A DNA stretch of 64,000 bases from Octopus sinensis. Lineage: Eukaryota. Both the position numbers and the translations under genes were made by a program. The number at the start of each line of letters is the position of its first letter. Position 1 is the first letter of the stretch. Below are positions 1 through 12,932 of the stretch, piece by piece. Under the pieces are notes generated by a model. That model searched no databases, was not told the origin of the DNA, and was given only the letters and a program-made list of their open reading frames with translations. Location of the stretch: the NCBI RefSeq assembly GCF_006345805.1, contig NC_042997.1:41044001-41108000 (forward strand). The letters run 5' to 3'.

Positions 1-757
1 TATAAATAATACCGGCACCCATAGCCCTTGGTAACAAATTCTGAAATAGCCTTTAAGATATCTACGATTAACCACTGCAAGGGAAATTACTCCTGTAAGA
101 CAAACGGGGCTTGGTTTTTTCACAGCGGGGGGTTTCCTTGTCAAGGCAGGCTTAGATGAACACACACACACACACATAAAACATAATATATATATATAAT
201 TTTTTTTTTTTTTTTTTTTTTCTTTCTGCCACCCAACGGTTATCACGGCAGTAGCCACTGACAGCCGAACGATCAAACGCACACACGTACACAAAAAATG
301 TTTTCTACCCCTACGCCAACACACACATATTGAACAGTATACACACACACACGTCTCTAAGTAGATTTTTTCTCGCCCCTTATAAAACATCCAATATTCT
401 TTAAATAGTCAGAACTTTATTCTCGGTCACAAAGAACATCTATACACCCTCACCCACATGATTGACCGATGCCTGACCCGTTGAATTCTTCAGCCACCGG
501 TTCTCAACATACACTGATAAACAGTTTCGCCATGGGCTCTTAGGAGCACAGTTCGATTTGTTTTTTGCTCCGCCTCTGTTCTGTTTTTGTTTTTCCAACG
601 GATTTCCTTTTTTCTTCCTGAAGAGAAAGACACAATATGGTCCCATTATTCAATCGGATTTTGGTAATTTGTGCCTTTCGAAACACGTGTAGAATGAAAT
701 AAAATGATTTCTGTTCAATCTGCGTTCAGCTCCATTTCTTCAATTCACCAATAATGT

Positions 758-799
<42 letters not shown>

Positions 800-848
800 A
801 CATATATATATACATATATATAATATATATATATATATACATACATGC

Positions 849-911
<63 letters not shown>

Positions 912-1454
912 CATATATTATATATATATATAATGATGCATATATATGTTTCTAGTTATATATTCTCATATCTGTATGAGTCAAAGTATTTTCGTTCAAA
1001 TTCGTAGGAACTCCGAGTTTTAAAGTGTGATGTTAATCTCAGCCATTGGAAATTTGATGTTACTGCAAACTACATTCATACACTTAATCAGTACGAATGG
1101 CAAAAAAGCATCTTATATATTTTGGTAGCGAAATCTTTGGGTAATATACAACGGTATCACCTAAAAGCTTTTCCAGAACGACATAACTAAAATGTATCTA
1201 AATCTAATCCAACATATACATATAACATTATCGACGACAATTCACGTGAATTTGCAACAAAAGTTGCAGGTCCGAAATACAGACATCTCAACGTTGCAAA
1301 TATTGAATTAGGAATAGGGAGCAAAAGAATTCTAGAAGATATGAACGCCAGAATAAGATAAGCGACAGAATTAATGCAAAAGAACTAAAAGCCATCCGTT
1401 ATAGACACATTTAGCTATATAATATCTTATATAGTTTTCTCATTGCGTTTCCAG

Positions 1455-1507
1455 GTTCAAGTTCTGTTAATGAAATAATGGACAAAGCAACAGAAACAAA
1501 CTTATAA
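1455..1507 (+). CDS. Terminal coding exon of a plus-strand paralog of the LRR/Ly6/HRM receptor-like gene: (G)SSSVNEIMDKATETNL*
   Basis: Pyrimidine-rich acceptor ttttctcattgcgtttccag|GTTCAAG. Reverse-complement homologous to exon 16334-16386 with the same length, phase and stop position. AATAAA at 1671 and 1815 downstream. Upstream exons are not seen in the window. Confidence 0.7.
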
Positions 1508-2712
1508 GTAAAGATCGAAAAAGAGCCTCCAAGAGTCATGTTTGATAATATTTTACATGTTAAAATAATATCTTTTTCATATATATAATATTACATATAT
1601 TTCCTGGTAAAGAAACTATATCTGTACCTTCTTATACAACACCTTTCAACCGAGAGACTGTATAATCCTCAATAAATGTAATCTAAACAAGTTTCAGGGC
1701 CCCACTATTGCTTGAAACAGAGGAAAATAGAAAATGTTGATTGGTTTGAAAGTATATTAATATTTTTTTCTTATTGCCAATTTAATGTTATCAATGTAAG
1801 CTTTAAATTTTTTAAATAAAGGGTTAAATATGACGTGTTGCTACTTTCGTTTTTGTTTTAGATGAAATACTGTAATACTGCAGTCTGAGTTCAAATACCG
1901 CCTGGAGAGACTGATTTTATCAGTTATTTTAAACATTTCACTAAAAAGTTTTGCTGATTAGTTTTATAATCATTTATCTAATTAGCTTTATCAGGTCTTG
2001 CAACTGTCATTAATCCAACAATGAACTTAATCCAGTAATTAACATTTCACAAACAGCTAATTCCAATCAAAGAACTGAGTATTTCTAGTTTTTCACATTC
2101 ATTCGATAAACATAACACAAACACTTGACTGCGCATGTCTGTATGTCTACATTGATGTATTTTCTAAGTTAAATTCTCTGCCTGATGTACAGGCTCATTA
2201 GGCCCCAGAATATCTCGGTATCCAATGTATTTCAACACACAACGATACAAGACACCCCACCGAACGAGATGCCAGTCTGTCGCAAGTTTAACCCTCGGTT
2301 GTTGGTGGTACTTTTTTTCAGATGAGTGCACTGGAAGTGTCTTTCTCGTAGACACAACACACCGAACTAATAGTCCATGCACCAATATATATATGTAGGA
2401 GCTACTTCATACAGTAAACAGGTTCACTACACACTATATACAATCCTCTATTGAAAAAATCTATAGTAGCCGTCATGACCCTTCCCCTTTGTTTCTTACT
2501 TTCTGGCATCAAAACCATTCCAGCAAACTTCAGCATCCAGAACTCGCAAAAGAGAAGGAAAACAAGTATCTTAACATCTAGCGTTTTTTTTGGGTGGGTG
2601 GGGTCGTACGATATGATAATTCAAAAGAATGAATCGGGTTAGAATTACTAGTTATCGAAATTTCTTTTAATTCAAGCTTCACATTCTTATTTACTTTGTA
2701 ATATATAGGGAT

Positions 2713-2792
2713 GGGCCGCTTACCTTAATGGTAGAGCACTCAGCCGGTATCTTAGGGATACGGGGTTCGCGTGGCCGTATCCGCTTTCTGGC

Positions 2793-2795
<3 letters not shown>
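2713..2795 (+). mobile_element. tRNA-derived SINE head / tRNA pseudogene (copy at about 5792-5874; related reverse copy at about 11040-11100)
   Basis: A-box-like TACCTTAATGGTAGAGC and B-box-like GGTTCGCG, but no intact acceptor stem. Confidence 0.55.
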
Positions 2796-2851
<56 letters not shown>

Positions 2852-3469
2852 ATATATACATATATACACGTTTAGGGGTCTCTTTATGTCAGTGATTGTT
2901 TCCCTAACACCACTTGCCAACCAGTGTTTGTGTGTAGCTTAGCGTTTCGGCAAATAACGCCGATAGAATAAATAGTAGACTTTAAAACATACGCCCCAAA
3001 CCCTTAAAGTTGTGCTCCAGAATGGCCGCAGTCAAAGGTCTGAAATAAGTAAAAGAAAAGAAGAGTATATAAATATGTATATAGCTTACAGATCCAACAG
3101 AGGTAGAATCAGCAGAAAAAGTCCCTCATCAAGTGAGAGATAAATATCCATTTAAATACACAACCGAAAGAGCTACTAGTAGTTCCAAGATTTTATCATA
3201 CTTGACCAGGCATATTTACAAAATGTGTCATTTATTAGAAAGTAACCTTTCAGCCTCTGTTTATGCGTTAAATATATTTTGAGAAGCAAGAATGCTGGAC
3301 GGTAAGAAAATAAGATAAAACACAGCAAAAAAACTTGAAGAAAGAACAAACGAAAGACAAATAATCAAGAAAACTAATATCCTCTCCCTCTCCCTCTCCA
3401 CATTATTTTTTTCTTAATTTCCTTGACTTTTTAAATATATTTAACGCTTAAACAGATCCTTTATTACTA

Positions 3470-3673
3470 TGGGCACAAGGCCTGGATTTTGTGGTGAGGG
3501 GTATTAAGTCGATTACATCGACCCCGGAGTTTCACTGGTACTTAATTTATCGACCTCGAAAGGATGAAAGGTAAAGTCAACCTCGGTGGAATTTGAACTC
3601 AGAACATGAAGACAGATAAAATACCGTTTGGTGTTCTCCGTAGCATACGAACAATTCAGCCAGCTCGCCACCT
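3470..3673 (-). mobile_element. tRNA-derived SINE of the octopus-type family (duplicate at 6554-6757)
   Basis: Reverse complement matches the SINE at 48887-49088 (GAGTTCAAATTCCACCGAGGT.GACTTT.CCTTTCATCCTTTCG.GGTCGATAAATTAAGTACCAGT). Confidence 0.85.
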
Positions 3674-3952
3674 GGAAATGCAGGTAATACTCATTTTTGG
3701 AAGCTGAGTTGACTGGAGGAACGTGAAATAAATTGTCTTGCTCAAGGATACAACACGCCACCGGCAATCGAACTCGTAACCCTTCGATTCCGAGCGGAAT
3801 ACACTAAACACTAAAATAGGCGCTTTCTTATAACGCTTAAAAAGATCCTGAAAGATACACATCATATTTTATAAATAGGCTTGTTGAAGTAACAAAAAGC
3901 ATGAAACTATAAACTCTTTCGCCAGTGTACTTACACACACACACACACACAC

Positions 3953-4010
<58 letters not shown>

Positions 4011-4533
4011 ATGATGCATATATATGTTTCTAGTTATATATTCTCATATCTGTATGAGTCAAAGTATTTTCGTTCAAATTCGTAGGAACTCCGAGTTTTA
4101 AAGTGTGATGTTAATTCTCAGCCATTGGAAATTTGATGTTACTGCAAACTACATTCATACACTTAATCAGTACGAATGGCAAAAAAGCATCTTATATATT
4201 TTGGTAGCGAAATCTTTGGGTAATATACAACGGTATCACCTAAAAGCTTTTCCAGAACGACATAACTAAAATGTATCTAAATCTAATCCAACATATACAT
4301 ATAACATTATCGACGACAATTCACGTGAATTTGCAACAAAAGTTGCAGGTCCGAAATACAGACATCTCAACGTTGCAAATATTGAATTAGGAATAGGGAG
4401 CAAAAGAATTCTAGAAGATATGAACGCCAGAATAAGATAAGCGACAGAATTAATGCAAAAGAACTAAAAGCCATCCGTTATAGACACATTTAGCTATATA
4501 ATATCTTATATAGTTTTCTCATTGCGTTTCCAG

Positions 4534-4586
4534 GTTCAAGTTCTGTTAATGAAATAATGGACAAAGCAACAGAAACAAACTTATAA
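4534..4586 (+). CDS. Second copy of the terminal exon (G)SSSVNEIMDKATETNL* inside the tandem duplication
   Basis: Identical to 1455-1507 at offset 3079. Confidence 0.55.
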
Positions 4587-5883
4587 GTAAAGATCGAAAA
4601 AGAGCCTCCAAGAGTCATGTTTGATAATATTTTACATGTTAAAATAATATCTTTTTCATATATATAATATTACATATATTTCCTGGTAAAGAAACTATAT
4701 CTGTACCTTCTTATACAACACCTTTCAACCGAGAGACTGTATAATCCTCAATAAATGTAATCTAAACAAGTTTCAGGGCCCCACTATTGCTTGAAACAGA
4801 GGAAAATAGAAAATGTTGATTGGTTTGAAAGTATATTAATATTTTTTTCTTATTGCCAATTTAATGTTATCAATGTAAGCTTTAAATTTTTTAAATAAAG
4901 GGTTAAATATGACGTGTTGCTACTTTCGTTTTTGTTTTAGATGAAATACTGTAATACTGCAGTCTGAGTTCAAATACCGCCTGGAGAGACTGATTTTATC
5001 AGTTATTTTAAACATTTCACTAAAAAGTTTTGCTGATTAGTTTTATAATCATTTATCTAATTAGCTTTATCAGGTCTTGCAACTGTCATTAATCCAACAA
5101 TGAACTTAATCCAGTAATTAACATTTCACAAACAGCTAATTCCAATCAAAGAACTGAGTATTTCTAGTTTTTCACATTCATTCGATAAACATAACACAAA
5201 CACTTGACTGCGCATGTCTGTATGTCTACATTGATGTATTTTCTAAGTTAAATTCTCTGCCTGATGTACAGGCTCATTAGGCCCCAGAATATCTCGGTAT
5301 CCAATGTATTTCAACACACAACGATACAAGACACCCCACCGAACGAGATGCCAGTCTGTCGCAAGTTTAACCCTCGGTTGTTGGTGGTACTTTTTTTCAG
5401 ATGAGTGCACTGGAAGTGTCTTTCTCGTAGACACAACACACCGAACTAATAGTCCATGCACCAATATATATATGTAGGAGCTACTTCATACAGTAAACAG
5501 GTTCACTACACACTATATACAATCCTCTATTGAAAAAATCTATAGTAGCCGTCATGACCCTTCCCCTTTGTTTCTTACTTTCTGGCATCAAAACCATTCC
5601 AGCAAACTTCAGCATCCAGAACTCGCAAAAGAGAAGGAAAACAAGTATCTTAACATCTAGCGTTTTTTTTGGGTGGGTGGGGTCGTACGATATGATAATT
5701 CAAAAGAATGAATCGGGTTAGAATTACTAGTTATCGAAATTTCTTTTAATTCAAGCTTCACATTCTTATTTACTTTGTAATATATAGGGATGGGCCGCTT
5801 ACCTTAATGGTAGAGCACTCAGCCGGTATCTTAGGGATACGGGGTTCGCGTGGCCGTATCCGCTTTCTGGCAATTTTATATAT

Positions 5884-5947
<64 letters not shown>

Positions 5948-7182
5948 TACACGTTTAGGGGTCTCTTTATGTCAGTGATTGTTTCCCTAACACCACTTGC
6001 CAACCAGTGTTTGTGTGTAGCTTAGCGTTTCGGCAAATAACGCCGATAGAATAAATAGTAGACTTTAAAACATACGCCCCAAACCCTTTAAAGTTGTGCT
6101 CCAGAATGGCCGCAGTCAAAGGTCTGAAATAAGTAAAAGAAAAGAAGAGTATATAAATATGTATATAGCTTACAGATCCAACAGAGGTAGAATCAGCAGA
6201 AAAAGTCCCTCATCAAGTGAGAGATAAATATCCATTTAAATACACAACCGAAAGAGCTACTAGTAGTTCCAAGATTTTATCATACTTGACCAGGCATATT
6301 TACAAAATGTGTCATTTATTAGAAAGTAACCTTTCAGCCTCTGTTTATGCGTTAAATATATTTTGAGAAGCAAGAATGCTGGACGGTAAGAAAATAAGAT
6401 AAAACACAGCAAAAAAACTTGAAGAAAGAACAAACGAAAGACAAATAATCAAGAAAACTAATATCCTCTCCCTCTCCCTCTCCACATTATTTTTTTCTTA
6501 ATTTCCTTGACTTTTTAAATATATTTAACGCTTAAACAGATCCTTTATTACTATGGGCACAAGGCCTGGATTTTGTGGTGAGGGGTATTAAGTCGATTAC
6601 ATCGACCCCGGAGTTTCACTGGTACTTAATTTATCGACCTCGAAAGGATGAAAGGTAAAGTCAACCTCGGTGGAATTTGAACTCAGAACATGAAGACAGA
6701 TAAAATACCGTTTGGTGTTCTCCGTAGCATACGAACAATTCAGCCAGCTCGCCACCTGGAAATGCAGGTAATACTCATTTTTGGAAGCTGAGTTGACTGG
6801 AGGAACGTGAAATAAATTGTCTTGCTCAAGGATACAACACGCCACCGGCAATCGAACTCGTAACCCTTCGATTCCGAGCGGAATACACTAAACACTAAAA
6901 TAGGCGCTTTCTTATAACGCTTAAAAAGATCCTGAAAGATACACATCATATTTTATAAATAGGCTTGTTGAAGTAACAAAAAGCATGAAACTATAAACTC
7001 TTTCGCCAGTGTACTTACACACACACACACACCACACACACACACACACAGGTATATATATTAATCAATGAAATTACAACCCAGTCCGATGTTCACGTTT
7101 CAATATATACAATTTTCACAATTTTACAATCTTATAATAATAGAATATCAACTTTACTTGAGAATATTATATATTTATCGTA

Positions 7183-7226
7183 ATAAAACTAGTGCTTTCA
7201 TGCGTTACGCAGTCATCAGGTTTATC
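7183..7226 (-). ncRNA. Candidate minimal type I hammerhead ribozyme motif
   Basis: Minus strand reads ATAAAC-CTGATGA-C-TGCG-TAA-CGCA-T-GAAAG-CA-CTA-GTTTTAT: CUGAUGA and GAAA cores, stem II, a tiny stem III and stem I. The pair closing stem II is mismatched. Confidence 0.45.
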
Positions 7227-7461
7227 TAGTAGTAAGGACAGTCACGTTCCAGAATTGACAACTGTAGGGAAATGGTTAGATTTGTCCTTTAAAGAACTGT
7301 AGATGGGCTCCAGCAGGCTGAATCTTAGGAAATGTATTTTGACCAATCAGGATTTGACTTAGATGTGACGGTTTGGTGAATGCGCCAACCTGGTTAGCAT
7401 ATACCTCACTTCTTTCAAAGAAATATCTTAACCAATTGGTGTGTAGCTTATATGTCACGCT

Positions 7462-8470
7462 TTGGTGGCCAAGAAGAAGAAACACAAGCCCTGGGTGACG
7501 AAGAAGGTTAAACGAGAACTTCGACTCAGAGATATTGCTTGGGCTGAATTCAAAAATCTGGATTCGACTGCAGCTTTTGAGGTGTACAAAACTCAACGAG
7601 ACCGAGCCGTGAAAATTGAAAAGGAAGAACGCTTCAGTTATGAATACAAAACCGCGGCAAATGCCAGTAGCAATCCAAAAACCTTCTTTGCCCATGTCCA
7701 ACGAAATTCCCGCTTGAACAACCAGATTGCAACGTTGGTAGACTCAACAGGCGTATCGATTGAGGACCCTTATCAACAGAGTCAATTATTTGCCGAGGCT
7801 TTTTCAACTATTTTCAAACAAGATGATGGTCGTGAACCCCCTCCATTTGATAGATCGGTACCTCCAATGCTTCGATTGGTCATCACGCGGGACGAAGTCA
7901 AACGTGTTATTCAAGGCCTCGATGTCAACAAGGGTCACGGCCCTGATGGCATACACCCACGGGTTATCAAAGCGTTGGCTCCGGTCATTTGCGAGCCCTT
8001 AACACGTCTATTCAATATGTCATTGGCGACGGGTGTTATACCTGCGGACTGGAGAACAGCGATAATCTGCCCAATTTTCAAGAAAGGGAGCCGCGAAGAC
8101 CCGCTTAACTACCGACCGGTTTCCCTTACATCAATAATCAGCAAGATGTTTGAAACCATCCTTAAGAAAAGTATGATGCTCCACCTCCAAAACACAGCCT
8201 CTATCTCTGATTCCCAACACGGCTTCGTGCCGAAGAGATCATGCTTGACCAACTTACTGGTAATGGAAGAATTGGTGACGCGCATCCTCGATGATAGTGA
8301 TGCTGTTGACATCGTTTTATTGGACTTTGCCAAAGCTTTTGACTCGGTAAACCACCGCCTATTACTTGTCAAGCTTCAAGCATATAGTTTCCATCCGGAT
8401 ATTGTACGATGGGTCGGTGCCTTCCTCTCAGATCGCTCCTTCCAAGTCCAAGTTAATGGTTCGCAACCAT
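7462..8470 (+). mobile_element. CR1/L2-group LINE ORF2 fragment (N-terminal part of the reverse transcriptase), truncated at both ends
   Basis: ORF motifs KGHGPDGIHPRVIK, IFKKGSREDPLNYRPVSLTS, QHGFVPKRSCLTNL, LDFAKAFDSVNH. It stops before the GVPQGS and YADD motifs. Confidence 0.92.
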
Positions 8471-8502
8471 ACTCTGGGATATGCCGCAAGAACTTGTGAC
8501 CT

Positions 8503-9320
8503 ACTTCTGGTGTGTGCCTATACCATCTTTTTTCTATTGTTATTCCATAATGTTGGCATAGCTTCCAGTGTATGTAGGTTCCAACTCTGTCATGTCTGTG
8601 AATATATTCCTTCTTAGCCAGGACTGGGCAGCCAGAGATAATATGATTTATTGTTTCTTGTCCATCTCCACATATTCTGCAGTTACTTGTTATATTTCTT
8701 TTCATTACATGTTTTTGGTATTTTCTGGTGGGGAGGCTTTGGTTTTGTGCTGCAATTAAAAATCCCTCTGTCTCTGCTTTGAGTCCTGAGCTTCTCAACC
8801 ATTGCTGGGATTTTTCTTTGTCTATTTCTTTTGCGTTTAGTTTAGTCCAGTATTTACCATGAAGGGGCTTTTCTTGCCATCGTTTTATCATGGTTCGTTG
8901 CTGTTCTATTTTTAGTTCGGGTTTCATTTTTTTATAGTTTTTGTTGTTTCTTCATTTTCTTCTTCTTTTTCATATTTATTAGGTGGTATGATTTCTTGTC
9001 TGTATTTGTCGGCTTCCTTAAATACTGAGAACAGTTTTTTGTTTTGCTCGTGTTTTGCCGGTATTTGTATCAGTTTTCCTTCCTGCTGAAGTAGATATTT
9101 TTGCAGTCTTATGGTGGTTATTTTATAGTAGTTTTCCAGCTGTAAAAGGCCTCTACCACCTTCTATACGTTGTATATATAGTCTTTCTATGTCAGATTTT
9201 GGGTGATGCATCCTAGATCCTGTCATTATTTTTCTAGTTTTCCTATCTATTTTGGTCAGTTCATTTAGTGTCCAGCTAAGGATATTGTAGCTGTAACTTA
9301 TAACTGGGACAGCTAGAGTT
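8503..9320 (-). mobile_element. R4/Dong-like (RLE-group) non-LTR retrotransposon fragment
   Basis: HHPKSDIERLYIQRIEGGRGLLQLE, LHGKYW, GLKAETEGFLIAAQ, CCHC knuckle CRICGDGQETINHIISGC and RHD motif. Frameshift near 8925. Confidence 0.88.
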
Positions 9321-9351
9321 CTATTATCTTTTTTTTTATCTTGTTAATACC

Positions 9352-9358
9352 TATTATC

Positions 9359-9413
<55 letters not shown>

Positions 9414-9424
9414 CATCATCATCA

Positions 9425-9476
<52 letters not shown>

Positions 9477-9478
9477 CA

Positions 9479-9545
<67 letters not shown>

Positions 9546-9560
9546 CATCATCATCATCAT
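9352..9560. repeat. Compound (TTA)n/(TCA)n microsatellite
   Basis: Directly visible; source of the poly-N/L/I ORFs. Confidence 0.98.
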
Positions 9561-9739
9561 TCCAGTCATCACCGTTACTATAACTATTATTAGTTTTGTC
9601 CATTTAAAAATGGTTTCAGTTTATCAATAACATTTTTTTCTCTAACTTTTCTCTCGACTTCTCTTCAGTTGTGTAGACCAGGTTCTCTTATTTACTGTTG
9701 GAGCACACGTGAACGTTCCGCTAGTGCATTCCAAGTCTG

Positions 9740-10690
9740 GCCAACGTATATCTCTTCAAAATTCTGGCATTTGATGCAGTAAATTAAATTTCTGCTTTTG
9801 CAGTTCATATTTACATTTGCAAATATTCTTCCGTTTATTTTTTGTTCCTATATTGACCGATATGTATGAACTGACATGTCCCACATCGATTATCATTGTA
9901 CTTAGACACAATGAATGATTCGTATTGTTACTAAGATCACACTTTGCCTTTATTAAATGTTTCAAGTCTTTCCACTGTCTTTTACTTAGAGCCATTACTC
10001 CATCCGTGATTATATCTTCTAATTCATTACTTTGAATAATGATCGGCAAGTTTGATTTGCAATGCTTAAGGTATTCTGGTAACATGGGTTGTGTGCCACT
10101 ATAACTGGTATGATCAGTTCTCGTTTTCCTCATCCTCGGGTGGCCCTAAGTTCTTGTATGGGTATTTCTATATCAAGCTGTACACCATTTTCTATGAGTA
10201 GAGAGGGATATTTTTGCTTGGGTAGAGATTCTTTTAGTTTTGTTAGGCTTTTGTCTCTGATTCACACATACTCCACAAACGTACAAATTTTCCCGGCTAG
10301 GTTGTATGGGATATTGCGTTTTGTATATGTTGGATAGTAAAATTTGAAGTTCAGGTATTGAACTTTAAAGGTTATTTGATCTGTTTTGGTGACACAATTC
10401 GTGACACCAAAATATCTTTAGAATTGCCAAAGCAAACTTGACGATCGTTGTTCGAAGTAATGAATTGAAGGATATTATATATATTGATTTAGCTTCCAGA
10501 CATTCTTTTCCGTACACAGTGTTTGTTATCATGAGACCCCTTATTGCACACAAACGTAGTAATTATGCTCGCTTATCTTTTGGTTTGCCAAAGCTTTATC
10601 TTTCTATAGCATTTGGTCAGTTCTTGCTCTAGCCTGCTTCTTCAGGGTTGCGGAGGTCTCCAACTATTACGTTGAAGCAATTCCATAGTA
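9740..10690 (-). mobile_element. Degenerate Penelope-like retroelement remnant
   Basis: Peptide NLPIIIQSNELEDII...SKRQWKDLKHLIKAK resembles the RT-to-GIY-YIG linker seen at 41349-41609 (NIHLLK...KSKRQPKSIKCLLTQA). Many disruptions. Confidence 0.5.
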
Positions 10691-11099
10691 ACTAGTTTCT
10701 TTCGTTTATAGGTGATCAAAGTATTCATTTGATTCTTCAAAACTGTATCTGGAATCTGGGACATAAATTTAGAAGATGGTTAACATTCCCTGTGGTATCG
10801 AGAGAAACACTCATTAGTCTCTCTTAATAAGAAACGTAGGATTTTATGTATTTTGCGAATGTTTTTCTTCCATCAAAGCTACTCCCTGACATGTAATGTT
10901 ATCTCTTCTGCATAAATAAATGATAACATACTTATCCATTTCAAACGCGATACCTTGCAGATAAGAAAGAACATTTCAAACCCAGTAAAGCTGTAGAGAG
11001 AGCAGAGAAAGTCTGGGTGCTCTTATGAGACGAAAGAAGTTGCCAGCAAGCCGATACGGCACTCGAACCCGTATCCCTCAGACATCGACTGAGTAAGCG

Positions 11100-12650
11100 A
11101 CAGTTAATTTGAACCCTGATAACTTCACCCCCGGTATTTTGACTCCGGTAATTTGACTACCAGTCAATTTCACTCTCGATATTAGAAAAAATAAAACGTT
11201 GAATAAGGATAAAATAAAAAGTCGAGTAAAATCTAAAATTATTACTAAAAGTTTCAATAAAAATGAAGGTTAGGGGCTATTGCTCATATAAAATCCATCT
11301 TATTTTCGGGACTATGTCGCTCAATACTTATCCGTTTGCTTATATCCTTTCTTTTATTTTTGTTTGGTCTCGCAGATCCCACCTCCATCAAATTCAACCT
11401 TTCTCAGCTGTAATTATCTCCATATATTCGGATGTGAACAAATTAAGGAAATTTGTAGGGCGTTGTGAAATCCCTCTAAAAGTTTATTTGTGCGAGGCAT
11501 ATCCGATTCTGTTTTAAAGCGGACATTCCAACTACTAATGGGAAACTAGGGAGAAGTCCTTCGTGGTCTCATTCCTTTACTTCGCACTCCTCTTAGGTAC
11601 CATAATCCAAAGTAGGTCACAAGTTCTTGCGGAAGATCATCGTCATCTACAAGATTTTCGACAATGGGAAACTAGGGAGAAGTCCTTCGTGGTCTCATTC
11701 CTTTACTTCGCACTCCTCTTAGGTACCATAATCCAAAGTAGGTCACAAGTTCTTGCGGAAGATCATCGTCAACTACAAGATTTTCGACAATGGGAAACTA
11801 GGGAGAAGTCCTTCGTGGTCTCATTCCTTTACTTCGCACTCCTCTTAGGTACCATAATCCAAAGTAGGTCACAAGTTCTTGCGGAAGATCATCGTCATCT
11901 ACAAGATTTTCCGTGAATCTCATCATCGAGACGAAGAATTAGCAATGCTTAAAAACCTCTGATTTTAATGCTAAACTCATTATCATGATGGTATCTTTCC
12001 TTCAAGACAAATTAACATGTTTTCTGTATATATTTTGTGATAGATGAAAAAGACAGCATGAGATGGAAGTAGTAGGAAACAGATACAATGCTATTAATAA
12101 GAGCTTTTTCAAAATCCCTCATAACATCTTCTGGGCTCAGTCTTTTGAGTAATTCATTTAGCTTATAAAAAAGGCGGGTGTAAGTTTATTGATTTTTTTT
12201 TGCGGAACACTGAATATCCCCACCTGAATATGATGCATGGATTTTGAAGCACATGAAGAATGAGGATCTTCACCAATGTGCTGAATTATGGTATGATCTT
12301 CATCATATATCATAATGTGCACTCGAGCGTTACAGGACTTAATTTCGAATATTCTGTAAGTCTTAGATTCATCGGCGTTTTGTTTCTATGCTTCATGATA
12401 TGTAATTCATGTCATCCACAAGTCTCTTCCTTCCGCGGATACTGTCAAAAACGTGAGGCATGGTGTAAGTATATTTCCTTTATAAGTAACTTTTATATCC
12501 TTGTAAGTTTGATAAATAATTTAACGAAGTATTTACACGAACGCACGAGGCTTCCTGTTATACGAGGTTACACGGCTCACAGCGAACTGCTGATAACTCG
12601 ACAGTTCTTTATTCATAGCAAATATGACAATTCACTTTTAATCATATGGG
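11100..12650 (-). mobile_element. Degenerate MULE (Mutator-like) transposase remnant
   Basis: Minus-strand translation near 11410-11537 gives SWNVRFKTESDMPRTNKLLEGFHNALQISLICSHPNIWRII, matching the MULE WN..R...RTNN..EG.H...HP.IW motif. Short subterminal-type repeats at 11100-11180. Boundaries approximate. Confidence 0.65.
11537..11910. repeat. 126-bp tandem repeat, 3 near-identical copies
   Basis: Units start at 11537, 11663 and 11789; ORF 11563-11916 repeats a 42-aa string. Confidence 0.97.
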
Positions 12651-12839
12651 AGTTGTCGGAATCCTTCCACAACAGTAACGAATGAGGCAAGGATGGATCA
12701 CGGATAAACCTGTAAACTCTTTAAGTTAAACATCCGAATGGATAACTGAAAAGGTACTTTCAGTTAACTGAATAACTCTGTAACTAATCAATCGAATAGG
12801 TGACTGAAATGATATTTTCAGTTTACCGAATTATCTTGT

Positions 12840-12932
12840 ATATCATCATCATCATCATCAGCAGCAGCAGCAGCAGCATCGGCATCAGCAGCAGCAGCAG
12901 CAGCAGTAGCAGCAGCAACAACAACAACAATA
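12840..12932. repeat. Compound (CAT)n/(CAG)n/(CAA)n microsatellite
   Basis: Directly visible. Confidence 0.95.

Larger units (their letters stand above)
932..7016. repeat. Near-identical direct tandem duplication, unit about 3.08 kb (about 932-3933 and 4010-7016), bounded by (CA)n/(TA)n microsatellites
   Basis: Identical ORF translations at offsets 3079-3084 (2164/5243, 2451/5530, 3513/6597). By eye the copies differ only in microsatellite length and single-base homopolymer indels (ttaatctc/ttaattctc, cccttaaag/ccctttaaag). Confidence 0.95.

Noticed and set aside
1008-1190. Open frame ELRVLKCDVNLSHWKF... after a plausible acceptor, upstream of the plus-strand terminal exon
   Set aside because: No recognisable domain, the duplicate copy has a 1-nt insertion in it, and no homologous exon was seen near the minus-strand paralog.
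2713-2795. Possible tRNA gene
   Set aside because: A and B boxes are present but the acceptor and T stems do not pair; related degenerate copies indicate a SINE head.
9313-9603. Poly-Asn/Leu/Ile ORFs
   Set aside because: Translations of the (TAA)n/(TGA)n microsatellite.
11537-11910. CRISPR-like array or 42-aa repeat membrane protein
   Set aside because: Contiguous identical units with no unique spacers, eukaryotic context, and the sequence is MULE transposase on the opposite strand.
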